Source: an uncultured delta proteobacterium
Lineage (GTDB): Bacteria; Myxococcota_A; Polyangia; Polyangiales; B10-G4
Direction: 5' to 3'
Length of the DNA: 64,000 bases
NCBI GenBank assembly: GCA_963727445.1
Contig: CAVSGI010000012.1
Location: 160,001-224,000 of the forward strand
The notes below the pieces were generated by a model. It was not told the DNA's origin. It saw nothing but the letters and a program-made list of their open reading frames with translations, and ran no database searches. Shown here piece after piece: positions 9,704 through 19,146 of the stretch; position 1 is the first letter of the stretch; every line of letters starts with the position of its first letter. The position numbers and the translations under genes are program-made.

Positions 9704-10583
9704 CGCGGGGGATTTTGGCACGAGAGGGCCGCAAAGCCGAAATCGAGATCGAATCCCGGATTTTTCCGGCGCCCGGGCGCCCGAGGGCCACCAGGGTGCC
9801 GCACCCTCCGTTCGCCTCCACGCGCGCCTTGCTGCTCATGCGCACGCGGAGGCCGCGACGCGTGAGCCGCTCGTAGGTCGCTTCGTAGCGTGCCCGTGAG
9901 ACGGGCCGACGGTCGGAGGTGACGACGGGGTTGAAGGCGAAGAGGTGGACCGGAAGCTCGAGGGGGAGGGCGCGCGCGGCGAAGGCGTCCACCTCGGCGT
10001 CGGCGTCGTTGTCGCCGTCGAGGAGCAGATAGGCGAGGGCGGTTCGCTTGCGACGGTTTCGACCCATGTCCGCGAGCGACTCGCTGACGCAGGTGAAGAG
10101 CTCCGCGAGGCTGGGCGCTTTCGGGACGAGGCGGGCGCGGGTCGCTTCGGTGCCGGCGTGCACGCTGAGCGTCAGCCCGTTGTGAGGTACCTCGGTCAAG
10201 AAGCGACGCAGATGGCGCGTCGGCCCGCCGGAGGTCGTCAGGCTCGGCTTGATCTGCGCCTGCCGGCACCAGGCGATGAAAGCTTCGACGGCGGCCGCCG
10301 CGTGCAACGGCTCCCCCACGCCGGAGACCGTCGTGCGGCGAACGTCGTGCCCCGCGTCCTCTACGGCTCGCACCTGGTCCCGGAGCTCCTCGAAGGACAG
10401 CGGTCGCGACAGGCCGAAGGCGCCCGAGGCGCAGAAAGGACATCCCACGGCGCAGCCGACCTGGCTCGAGACGCAGAGCGTGTCCCGTCGATACAGCACG
10501 GCCTCGACCCTCGCGCCGTCGTCCAGAACCACCTCGAACCGGCGATTCTGGACGCCCACGTACTCTTTTTCGAGGCGCAGCAC
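9700..10583 (-). CDS. RlmN/Cfr-like radical SAM protein (short form; 3' end uncertain)
   Basis: TLCVSSQVGCAVGCPFC, SGVGEPL and GGCGTL motifs; no in-frame stop near the expected end. Confidence 0.8.
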
Positions 10584-10724
10584 CGGCCGGATGTAGTTGA
10601 CGGGGCGCCGTGCTGCAACGTCACCGGTGCCCGTTCGCGGAGCACAGGGCTTGACGTCGCGCCCTCCCCGTTGGATCACTGCCCCACCTTTCGAGGCTTC
10701 TCGTCCCCCCAGGAGGTTGTGATC

Positions 10725-11141
10725 GTGGATGTTCTCCTCGCACCAGACGTTTTCGTGAACGCGTCGGTGGCCCCCAAGAGCCCGCCGGACCAGGTCGTGC
10801 AGCGTATCCTCGGCAAGCACAAGGGTCAGAGCGCCACGACCGATTGGATCATGGATCGCGTGGCCGCCATGCTCACCGCGGTGCCCGAGTTCAAGCCCGA
10901 CGCCGTCACCCAGCAGGTCGAGCTCATCAAGTCCTTCGTGAAGTCCGTGGACGTCGAGGGGGAGTTCGGTCCCGACGCGTGGGCTGACGCGCTGAAGGCT
11001 GCGGCGAGCGCGGCTGGCGCCAAGCGCGTGATCACCGACCACCCCGATCTCCTCGAAGCCGACGGTGGCGAGGTGGAGTTCATCTCCACCGAGGCCTGGC
11101 TCTTCGAGCAGAAGATGCCGCCGCCGCCCCCCGGGGGCTGA
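10725..11141 (+). CDS. Degenerate PIN-domain-like protein
   Basis: AGGAGG RBS at 10711; VLLAPDVFVNA...AAGAKRVITDHPDLL resembles the PIN_3 pattern VLDTNVLVSA...ADYIVTGDKDLL. Confidence 0.6.
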   Translation: MDVLLAPDVFVNASVAPKSPPDQVVQRILGKHKGQSATTDWIMDRVAAMLTAVPEFKPDAVTQQVELIKSFVKSVDVEGEFGPDAWADALKAAASAAGAKRVITDHPDLLEADGGEVEFISTEAWLFEQKMPPPPPGG

Positions 11142-11156
11142 GCTCTCGAGCGCCGC

Positions 11157-13226
11157 TCACTCGATCGCGCGCAGATCCGTGCGATCCGAGTCGCGGGAGA
11201 AGACGGGTGGCGTCCCGATGGGGGCGTCCACCATCGTGCGCATCGGTCCGTCGAAGCGCTCGCCGGTGAAGACGTGGAACCAGGCGCCCTCGGGGAAGTA
11301 CACCTCGCGTGAGGTCGCGCCCTCCTCGGTGACAGGCGCGACCATCAACGCATCGCCCAGGAGGAACTGATCCGAGACGGACCAGGCGTCACGGTCCTCG
11401 GGGAACTCGAGCATCAGGTGGCGCACCATCGGCGCGCTGCTCGCGGCAGCCTCGTCCGCCAGCGCTTCGAGCTCTGGCCGGAGCGCTTCGTGGATCAGAG
11501 CGAAGCGCCGGAAGTGGGCGATGGTCTCGGCGTCGCCGTCCCAGTTCCAGTTCTCCTCCCGCTTGTTTCCTTCGTGGGTGCGCATGACCGGCGCGAAGGC
11601 ACCGAGCTCGACCCAGCGCAGGTACACCTCCTTGGTGCTGGGGCCGCCGCTGAAGCCGCCGATGTCGAGGGTCACGTAGGGGATGGCTGCGATGCCGAGG
11701 TTGAGGAGCGCGGGGACCACCGTGGGCAAGCCGTCGTACTGGCTGAAGGTCGCTTCCTGATCGCCGACCCAGTGGATCATCGAATAGCGGTGAACGCCGG
11801 TCCATCCGCTGCGGGCGAAGGTCACGTAGTCGCCGTCGGGTCGGGCCATGGCGAAGGCCTCGGCGTTCGCGCGGTGCCACTCGATGGGGAAGCGCTGGTG
11901 AAAGGCGCGCGGGTCGCTGCCGTCGCCGAGCTGCGCGTCGAGGGGGGTCCACTCGCCGAAGTCGGCCATCCAACCGTCGATGCCGAGCCGCGTGACCGCG
12001 TCGGTCAGCGCGGCCTGGACGTAGGCGTGCGCTTCGGGCTTCGTGAAGTCGGGATGGCCGGCGGTGCCGTTGGGTGAAGTGAACGCATAGGGCGCGCCGG
12101 TCGGATCGTGGATCAGGAGATCGGCGGCGACCATCTCGTCCCAGTGGTTGGGCAGCTCGGGATCGACGAAGGGATTCACGTAGGTGAGGAAGCGCAGGCC
12201 GCGCCCGTGGAGCTCGTCGATCATCGAGGCGAGATCCGGGTAGTGCTCGGGATCTTCTTCCCAGCGAAACTGGACGCCGAGCCCGCCGTCGACGTTCACG
12301 CGCACGCCCGTCCAGTCCTGGCTCCACAGCGCCGTGACCGGGACCGACGCGGCCTCGAGCGCGTCGGCTTCGGCGAGCACCGCGTCGCGACCGCCCTGGA
12401 TGCTGATCCACGTCGACAGCGCCCAATCCGGAGGCTGGATGGGGCGCCCCACCTCGTCGCCGAGCTGGCGGATCACGTCGAGCGGCGTCGGTCCGTGAAA
12501 CACCACGGCCTCGAGCGGCTCCTCCGAGACCACCTCGAGGTAGGCCGTGCGCTCGTCGCTGGCGCAGACGTCGGCCTCCACGCGGTAGTCCGTGCGCAGC
12601 AAGAGGCCGTGCCCGCGGGCGTCGAGGACGTAGGGCATCGGGAAGTAGGTGGTGTGCGCGTCGCCCGCGATGATCCGCGCCGCGGTGGGATTGCGGCCTA
12701 CGCCCTGTTCACTCACGAAGAGCGTGAAGTCCTCGCCGCGCTGATCGGTGGCGTTGTATTGCTCGCCGAATCCGTGGAAGGAGCCCTCGGCGTCGCAGCG
12801 GATCGGGAGCGCCAGCGAGTCGTAGGGATCGTCGTCGACCGTGAAGGTGATCACCGACGTGTCGGCGGCCGCGCCGGGGGCGATTCGGAGGGTGGCACTG
12901 GTGTCGTCTTCTGTGGCGTAACGAACGATCACCGCGTCGGCGGCGAGTGAGACGCTTCCCACCTTCGTGAAGGGCGACACGACCTCCTCGAAGCGGCGGA
13001 AGGTCCAGATGCCGACCGGTGCGTCCACGCGCTCGCTGAAGTTGCGTCCCAAGAACGATGCGTCGCCGGTGGACCACAGCAGGCGTCCGTCGGCTGAAGC
13101 GAGCTCCACCGCGCCCCCGGTGACGGTAACCGTCGTGCCGTCCCTGAGCACCTGCATCTCTGGCACGGGATCACCGCCGCACGCGGTGAAAGTGAGGAGC
13201 AGAACGACGGCAAGGAGGCGGGACAA
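11157..13226 (-). CDS. GH31 alpha-glycosidase lipoprotein (YihQ/sulfoquinovosidase-like clade)
   Basis: Lipobox FTAC; GFGEQY, QDWTG, WMADFGE, WVGDQ, DIGGF, MRTHEGN. Confidence 0.9.
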   Translation of the reverse strand: MSRLLAVVLLLTFTACGGDPVPEMQVLRDGTTVTVTGGAVELASADGRLLWSTGDASFLGRNFSERVDAPVGIWTFRRFEEVVSPFTKVGSVSLAADAVIVRYATEDDTSATLRIAPGAAADTSVITFTVDDDPYDSLALPIRCDAEGSFHGFGEQYNATDQRGEDFTLFVSEQGVGRNPTAARIIAGDAHTTYFPMPYVLDARGHGLLLRTDYRVEADVCASDERTAYLEVVSEEPLEAVVFHGPTPLDVIRQLGDEVGRPIQPPDWALSTWISIQGGRDAVLAEADALEAASVPVTALWSQDWTGVRVNVDGGLGVQFRWEEDPEHYPDLASMIDELHGRGLRFLTYVNPFVDPELPNHWDEMVAADLLIHDPTGAPYAFTSPNGTAGHPDFTKPEAHAYVQAALTDAVTRLGIDGWMADFGEWTPLDAQLGDGSDPRAFHQRFPIEWHRANAEAFAMARPDGDYVTFARSGWTGVHRYSMIHWVGDQEATFSQYDGLPTVVPALLNLGIAAIPYVTLDIGGFSGGPSTKEVYLRWVELGAFAPVMRTHEGNKREENWNWDGDAETIAHFRRFALIHEALRPELEALADEAAASSAPMVRHLMLEFPEDRDAWSVSDQFLLGDALMVAPVTEEGATSREVYFPEGAWFHVFTGERFDGPMRTMVDAPIGTPPVFSRDSDRTDLRAIE

Positions 13227-13228
13227 CT

Positions 13229-13831
13229 TCAGTTCTTCGAGCGATCCGGGCCGGCGGGCAGGAGCGCGGGCATCCGTTGCGCCACGTCCCTCACCGTGAT
13301 GCGCGGCCAGGGGACGTCCTCGGCGAGCCGGCCCATCGAGAAGCCGTCCATCAGCGTTCCATCTCGCAGCGCCCAGCCGCGGATCACGCCTTCGATCTCG
13401 AAGCCGCGACTACGAAAGAGGGTGATCGCGGGCTCGTCGTCGACGAAGACGTCCAGCTGGAAGCGAAGGATCCCCATCCATCGCTCTCCGAGCGCGAGCA
13501 GCTCGTCGAGTAGGTGGGCGCCGATACCACGGCCCTGAACGTCGTCCGCCACCGAGAGCCAGATGTCGGCCACGTGGCGTGCCCGAAGCGAGGGGCGCAG
13601 GCCGAGGCCGCCGACCGCCACGAGGTCGCCGTCCATCTCGGCGACCAGGATTCGCGAGGCGCTCTGCTCCGGGTCGAGGCGGCGCGCCACCTCGCTCTGT
13701 GGCTGATGAGGCGGCGCCAGGGTCGCAGCCTGGACCTTCTTCCCGCTCAGGATCGCCGCGACGGCGGGTGCATCCGACGATTCGTAGCCGCGGAGCTTGA
13801 TGCGGACCTTTTGCTTCTTGCGTGAGCCCAT
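13229..13831 (-). CDS. GNAT acetyltransferase (YhhY-like)
   Basis: QGRGIG motif A; LDVFVDDEPAITLFRSRGFEIEG. Confidence 0.85.
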   Translation of the reverse strand: MGSRKKQKVRIKLRGYESSDAPAVAAILSGKKVQAATLAPPHQPQSEVARRLDPEQSASRILVAEMDGDLVAVGGLGLRPSLRARHVADIWLSVADDVQGRGIGAHLLDELLALGERWMGILRFQLDVFVDDEPAITLFRSRGFEIEGVIRGWALRDGTLMDGFSMGRLAEDVPWPRITVRDVAQRMPALLPAGPDRSKN

Positions 13832-13944
13832 GCCGCGGAAAAGCTATTTCACGGGGGCCCTTCGGTCCAGGCGCCACTCGGTGCCGGCCTGGTCGGCGAA
13901 CGCCGGTGACCCGGAGCCGCGTCCGCTGGTAGGCTCGCATCGGC

Positions 13945-15267
13945 ATGCAGAGGCTCGCCGTCGTCATCGCCCTCTTCCTCGTCGCTTGTGGGGGTGGACC
14001 CCGTGGCCAGGTGATGAGCGCGGTCGACGCATACGACCTCGATCTGGCGATGCAGCGCTACGAGGAGTATCGCGCACGTGAGGGGGCGGATCCTGCGCTC
14101 CTCTCGCACGTCGCCGAGCTCCTCCTGGAGCAGGCCGCCGTCTCCGAGGACGAGGCCGCGCGCTCGGCCGCCTTCATGCAGCTCGGGATGGCGGGGACCG
14201 CGGCGCGCGCGGCCCTCGGGCGCCTGGCCACGCCCGGGCGGCCAGCGGCGGTGCGCGCGAAGGCGCTCGAGCTCCTCGCCAGGGCCGGCGACTCGGGGGC
14301 GGCGGAGGACCTCCGGGCGATGCTGGGCTCGGACGAGTACGCGGTGTTGGCGTCGGCGGTGACGGTCCTCGACGGCGACAGCGACCGCGCATTGCTGCTC
14401 GCCTATCTCGAGCACCCATCGGCCGAGGTGCGGAAGGTCGCCGCGCGGAAGCTCGCGGATGCGGCGCCGCTCGGAGAAGCACGTGCCGCCCTCGCCGAAG
14501 CGGCGCGCGTCGATCCCGAGCCCGGGGTGCGCGCTGCGGCCTGCGCTTCGCTCGGGGAGTACGGCGCGGACGCTTTCGAGATGCTTCGCGAACGTCTCTC
14601 CGACGCCGACTCTCAGGTGCGCCTGGCGGCGGTGCGGGCCCTGGTGCGTGCCGATCGCGCGCTCTCCCTCTCGGTCCTCGGGCCGCTCCTCGAGATGGCG
14701 CCCAACCCGGCGGGGATCGAAGCTGCGCGCGTTCTGGCCGGCGGTGGGCGGCGCCCTGGTGAGGAGGTGAGCGAGGAGCATCAGGAGGGCGAGACCCTGG
14801 CGCGCGCCTACCTGCGGCAAGCCCTCGAGTCGTCGGCGCCGAACCTGCGATCGCAGGCGGCGGTGGCGCTTTCGTCGCTGCCGGATCTCGTCGATCTCGG
14901 CGGGGTGCTGGCGGCCGCGCTCGAGCACGAGGAGGATCCGCAGGTCCGCCTGGGGATCGCGACCATCCTCGCGCGGGACGAGGAAACTCAGGCGAAGGCG
15001 CACGAGGTGCTGAAGGAGATCATGCGGGGAGAGGGGATCGAGGCGGTGCAGGCTGCGGGCTTTTTGGCGCGGGACGAGGTCTCCGGCGCCGCGGCGCGCC
15101 TCATCGAGCTCTCGAGGAGCACCGACGCGAACGTGCGACGTGTCGCGGTCCGCGCTCTCGCCCGCGACGCGCTCGAGCCCGACGCCGCGCGGGGCGCGTT
15201 GAAGGACGAGGACGAAGCGGTGCGGATCAGCGCGGCGGGCGGGATCCTCGCGGCGCGGAACGCGTGA
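13945..15267 (+). CDS. HEAT-repeat lipoprotein
   Basis: Lipobox LVAC; repeated DxDxxVRxAAxxAL units. Confidence 0.85.
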   Translation: MQRLAVVIALFLVACGGGPRGQVMSAVDAYDLDLAMQRYEEYRAREGADPALLSHVAELLLEQAAVSEDEAARSAAFMQLGMAGTAARAALGRLATPGRPAAVRAKALELLARAGDSGAAEDLRAMLGSDEYAVLASAVTVLDGDSDRALLLAYLEHPSAEVRKVAARKLADAAPLGEARAALAEAARVDPEPGVRAAACASLGEYGADAFEMLRERLSDADSQVRLAAVRALVRADRALSLSVLGPLLEMAPNPAGIEAARVLAGGGRRPGEEVSEEHQEGETLARAYLRQALESSAPNLRSQAAVALSSLPDLVDLGGVLAAALEHEEDPQVRLGIATILARDEETQAKAHEVLKEIMRGEGIEAVQAAGFLARDEVSGAAARLIELSRSTDANVRRVAVRALARDALEPDAARGALKDEDEAVRISAAGGILAARNA

Positions 15268-15274
15268 GCGAGGC

Positions 15275-16009
15275 TCAGCTGCCGCGGGCGATCAGCGCTT
15301 CGAGCCGGCGCTGATCGAATCCGGTGAGGATGGTGCCGCGGAAATCGATGACCGGGATGCCGGTCGGTCGAACGCCTGCGGCTTGCGCCTTCTGCTGCAT
15401 CTCCGCGCGCGCCTGACTGTCCCGCTCGACGTTCTTCTCCACGAAGGGGACGCCGCGTGATCGGAAGAAGCGCGCGGTCGACTTGCAGGCGTGGCACCAG
15501 TCGGCGCCGTAGATGATCACGTCGGCGTCCGCGACGTCGGCATTCGGATCCGAGGGCGGGGGATCGCCGGCGGCGACGGCCTCGGCCTCCTCGTCTCGGG
15601 GGGCGACGCCCTGGGCCTCGTCGACCATCGCGTCGTAGGCGTCGCGCCGCACCTGGTGTACTGCGTAGCTGCCTCCCTCGAGACTGGTGCGCAGATCGGC
15701 GACATAGACGAACTCGGGATCGAGGCGCTCGCCCGGCGGGATGCTGAGATCGTCCACGCGCACGTGTTGGCGATGCGCTTCCGGGACCTCGTCACGGGTC
15801 GCCGCGGTGTGCGGACCTTCCTCGTCGAACCACACGAGGAGGAGCCCTTCGAGGTCGCCCTTCACTTCGAAGGGAGGCTCGATGGGGGCACCCTCGAGGC
15901 CGGTCTGCTCGATTTCGTCGTCGGACGTCCCCGCGTGATCACAGGCGGCGGACGGGACGGTCAGCGCCAAGAGGACGAAAGCCACGCGGGGGAACATCCC
16001 GGGTAGCAT
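15275..16009 (-). CDS. Exported glutaredoxin-family protein
   Basis: C-terminal IIYGADWCHAC...GIPVIDFRGTILTGFD; N-terminal signal/lipobox. Confidence 0.85.
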   Translation of the reverse strand: MLPGMFPRVAFVLLALTVPSAACDHAGTSDDEIEQTGLEGAPIEPPFEVKGDLEGLLLVWFDEEGPHTAATRDEVPEAHRQHVRVDDLSIPPGERLDPEFVYVADLRTSLEGGSYAVHQVRRDAYDAMVDEAQGVAPRDEEAEAVAAGDPPPSDPNADVADADVIIYGADWCHACKSTARFFRSRGVPFVEKNVERDSQARAEMQQKAQAAGVRPTGIPVIDFRGTILTGFDQRRLEALIARGS

Positions 16010-16021
16010 GCACCAAGATCG

Positions 16022-16462
16022 TCAGTGTTGCCCGCGAATCGACCGCCGAAGCCTGCGCTTTCCGTCTTCGCATGCTTCGAGGCGCGTTCCCGACTCCTGG
16101 ATCGCGGCATTCGAGCGGTCGATGATCGTCTGTATCCGGCTCGCTTCTTCTTGCGGAATTCGTGCGTTCTCGTCGCCTCCGGAGGCGCGATCGAGCTCTA
16201 CCGTGGCCTCGCGCTGGGCGACCTCGGCTTCGATCAATGACCGGTGCCCCTCGGTGCACGCCTGACGTACTTCGATCACCTCTTCGTTCGTCAGAGGCAG
16301 CGCTTCGAGGGCGTCGATCATGCGCTCGCGCTCGGCGACCGGCGCATCGAGGGTCACGAGCTCGGCGCGATCGAGAAAGAGTCGCGCCTCGTTGTCCTGC
16401 TTGTTGCCGCACGCGGCAGCCGAGAAGAGGACACAGACCCAGGCGACTTTCGCGCGTGACAC
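16022..16462 (-). CDS. Hypothetical helical lipoprotein
   Basis: Lipobox AAAC; co-oriented with the glutaredoxin gene. Confidence 0.65.
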   Translation of the reverse strand: MSRAKVAWVCVLFSAAACGNKQDNEARLFLDRAELVTLDAPVAERERMIDALEALPLTNEEVIEVRQACTEGHRSLIEAEVAQREATVELDRASGGDENARIPQEEASRIQTIIDRSNAAIQESGTRLEACEDGKRRLRRSIRGQH

Positions 16463-16544
16463 GGGCGGAGCTTACGTCTCGAGGGCCGGGTTGCAAGCGA
16501 TGTGAGAGGCATCGTTCTTGACCGCGGGGCTTCGAAGGGACCAG

Positions 16545-17681
16545 ATGTTTGTCGTGAGCGAGATTCATCGCGTCTATCTCATCCCCGGAATGTTCGGTTT
16601 CGGGCGTCTCGCAGGCTACGACTACTTCGAGCACGTCGAGCGCCTCCTCGCCCGGCGCTTCGAGACGGCGGGCGTTCGATATCTGCTCGAGATCGTCCCG
16701 ACGCCGCCCACTGCCTCGATTCGGCGGCGGGCGCGAGTCGTCGCGGAGCGCGTGAGTCAGACCGCGGGTGACGACAACGGCCCCATCCATCTCGTCGGGC
16801 ACTCCACCGGCGGCCTCGACGCCCGGCTCATCGCGTCGCCCACGGTGGCCCTCGAGCTCGACGAGGAGCGGCTCGGGTGGAAGTCGCGGCTCCGCACCGT
16901 CGTCACCATGAACGCGCCCCACTACGGGACGCCGCTGGCGACCTTCTTCACCACCGTTTCGGGAACGCGCTTGCTCTACGCGCTGTCGCTCCTGACCTTC
17001 ACGACGCTTCGTTACGGGAGCGCGCCCCTCACCGTCTTCAGTAGTCTCCTCGCCGCCGTGGGCTCGGTGGACGAGGCGGCCGGCATCGACATCAAGCTCC
17101 TCGACCGCACCACCAACTTGCTCCTCCGTTTCGTCGACGACAGGGGGCGCGACGAGGTGCGTCGTTGGCTCGACGGCGTGCGGCGTGATCAGGGCGGGAT
17201 CATCCAGGTGACCCCGGAGGCGATGGACATCTTCAACGCCGCCACCGAGAACGCCGAGGGCGTTCGTTACGCAAGCCTCGCCAGTGCTTCTCCGCCGCCG
17301 CGCCCCGTGCGCCTGATCACGCGGGTGCGCTCGCCCTACCAGGCATTGAGCGCGACCATCTACGCCACCGTGCAGTCGGTGACCAGCCGCGAGCACGCCA
17401 ACTACCCGTGTCCGCGCGGCGACGACGACGCCCGGCGCATTTTGAAGGCTGGCATCGGTCTCGATGTCGACAACTCGATCACCGACGGCATCGTGCCCAC
17501 CCTCTCCATGGTCTGGGGCGAGCTCCTCTGGGCCGGCAAGGCCGACCACCTCGACGTCGTCGGCCACTTCCACGACGACCACGGCAACGACCACGTCGAC
17601 TGGCTCGCCAGCGGCGCCAACTTCTCCCGCGACTCCTTCGCCAAGTCGATGGAGGCGGTCGGGACGTTCCTGCTGGGGTAG
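16545..17681 (+). CDS. Alpha/beta-hydrolase (lipase-like)
   Basis: LIPGMFGF, GHSTGG nucleophile elbow, PHYGTPLA, DGIVP, DHLDVVGH. Confidence 0.88.
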   Translation: MFVVSEIHRVYLIPGMFGFGRLAGYDYFEHVERLLARRFETAGVRYLLEIVPTPPTASIRRRARVVAERVSQTAGDDNGPIHLVGHSTGGLDARLIASPTVALELDEERLGWKSRLRTVVTMNAPHYGTPLATFFTTVSGTRLLYALSLLTFTTLRYGSAPLTVFSSLLAAVGSVDEAAGIDIKLLDRTTNLLLRFVDDRGRDEVRRWLDGVRRDQGGIIQVTPEAMDIFNAATENAEGVRYASLASASPPPRPVRLITRVRSPYQALSATIYATVQSVTSREHANYPCPRGDDDARRILKAGIGLDVDNSITDGIVPTLSMVWGELLWAGKADHLDVVGHFHDDHGNDHVDWLASGANFSRDSFAKSMEAVGTFLLG

Positions 17682-17690
17682 GGGCGGGCG

Positions 17691-18100
17691 GGTGCACGTG
17701 TGCGAGCCGGAGGGCTGCGCGCGGGCGTTTCGGCGCCGCGGGGGGTGGAAGGGGACGTTTCGGCCACCGTCGGTGGAGGGGGGGCGGATGCTGACCAGCG
17801 TTTGCTGATGACGGAGGCGGGGTGCAGGTGTGCGAGCCGGAGGGCTGCGCGCGGGCGTTTCGGTGCCGCGGGGGGTGGAAGGGGACGTTTCGGCCACCGT
17901 CGGTGGAGGGGGTGCGGATGCTGACCAGCGTTTGCTGATGAGGGAGGCGGGGTGCACGTGTGCGAGCCGGAGGGCTGCGCGCGGGCGGGGGCTGGAAGCG
18001 GACGTTTCGGCCACCGTCGGTGGAGGCGGGCCGGATGCTGACCAGCGTTTGCTGATGAGGGAGGCGGGGTGCACGTGTGCGAGCCGGAGGGCGGCGCGCG
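17691..18100. repeat. Tandem repeat with a ~130-bp unit, 3 copies plus a partial (third copy internally shortened)
   Basis: GGTGCACGTGTGCGAGCCGGAGGGCTGCGCGCGGGCG...GATGCTGACCAGCGTTTGCTGATG recurs at about 17691, 17821, 17951 and 18068. Confidence 0.95.
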
Positions 18101-18306
18101 GGCGCTTCGGTGCGCGGAGACGTGGGTCGGAGTGAGGTGGTGAGTGGGTGGCGGGCGGGGAGAGCCGCGGGTGGCGGTCGCGCGGACGCCGCCGTGGGTG
18201 GCCGCGGCCGCTGCGCGGCCTCTGTCCGGCGCGGGGCGCCGGACGCGAGATGGGCGAGATGGGGTGACACGCGCGAGGAATGCGCTGGGGGCGGACACAA
18301 CGCGGA

Positions 18307-19000
18307 GCGTTGACGGGAACGTCGGGGGTTGTGACCGCCGTGCGGTCACAAGTGGCAGCGTTGACGGGAACGGCGGGGGTTGTGACCGCCGTGCGGTCAC
18401 AAGTGGCAGCGTTGACGGGAACGTCGGGGGTTGTGACCGCCGTGCGGTCACAAGTGGCAGCGTTGACGGGAACGGCGGGGGTTGTGACCGCCATGCGGTC
18501 ACAAGTGGCAGCGTTGATGGGAACGGCGAGGGTTGTGACCGCCATGCGGTCACAAGTGGCAGCGTTGATGGGAACGGCGAGGGTTGTGACCGCCGTGCGG
18601 TCACAAGTGGCAGCGTTGACGGGAACGGCGGGGGTTGTGACCGCCATGCGGTCACAAGTGGCAGCGTTGACGGGAACGGCGGGGGTTGTGACCGCGCTGC
18701 GGTCACAAGTCGTACCGTTGACGGGAACGTCGGGGGTTGTGACCGCGCTGCGGTCACAAGTCGTAGCGTTGATGGGAACGCCGGGGGTTGTGACCGCGCT
18801 GCGGTCACAAGTGGCAGCGTTGACGGGAACGTCGGGGGTTGTGACCGCCGTGCGGTCACAAGTGGCAGCGTTGATGGGAACGCCGGGGGTTGTGACCGCT
18901 GTGCGGTCACAAGTCGTAGCGTTGATGGGAACGGCGGGGGTTGTGACCGCGCTGCGGTCACAAGTCGTAGCATTGATGGGAACGTCGGGAGTTGTGATCG
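18307..19000. repeat. Tandem array of 13 full plus 1 partial 51-bp units, each with a TTGTGACCGC-N3-GCGGTCACAA palindrome
   Basis: Unit starts at 18307, 18358 ... 18970 (period 51); stem arms invariant. Confidence 0.97.
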
Positions 19001-19040
19001 CCGGATCGCCCCGGGGCGAGTTGCTGCGTGACATCCGGAG

Positions 19041-19146
19041 GCGAACCGCTCTGGGAGGGGATCGGGCGTAGCCCCCGAGTTCGGTTCGCCTGGGGGGACG
19101 GCTCTGGGAGGGATCGGGCGTAGCCCCCGAGTTCGGTTCGCCTGGG
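19041..19146. repeat. Two ~53-bp direct repeats
   Basis: GCTCTGGGAGGG(G)ATCGGGCGTAGCCCCCGAGTTCGGTTCGCCTGGG at 19048 and 19101. Confidence 0.9.

Noticed and set aside
7115..9865. Long antisense ORFs (916 aa here; also 1920-3905, 23310-25421, 50748-53084)
   Set aside because: Shadow ORFs typical of high-GC DNA opposite well-supported genes.
18307..19000. CRISPR array
   Set aside because: The sequences between palindromes are near-identical, not unique spacers; no cas genes in the window.
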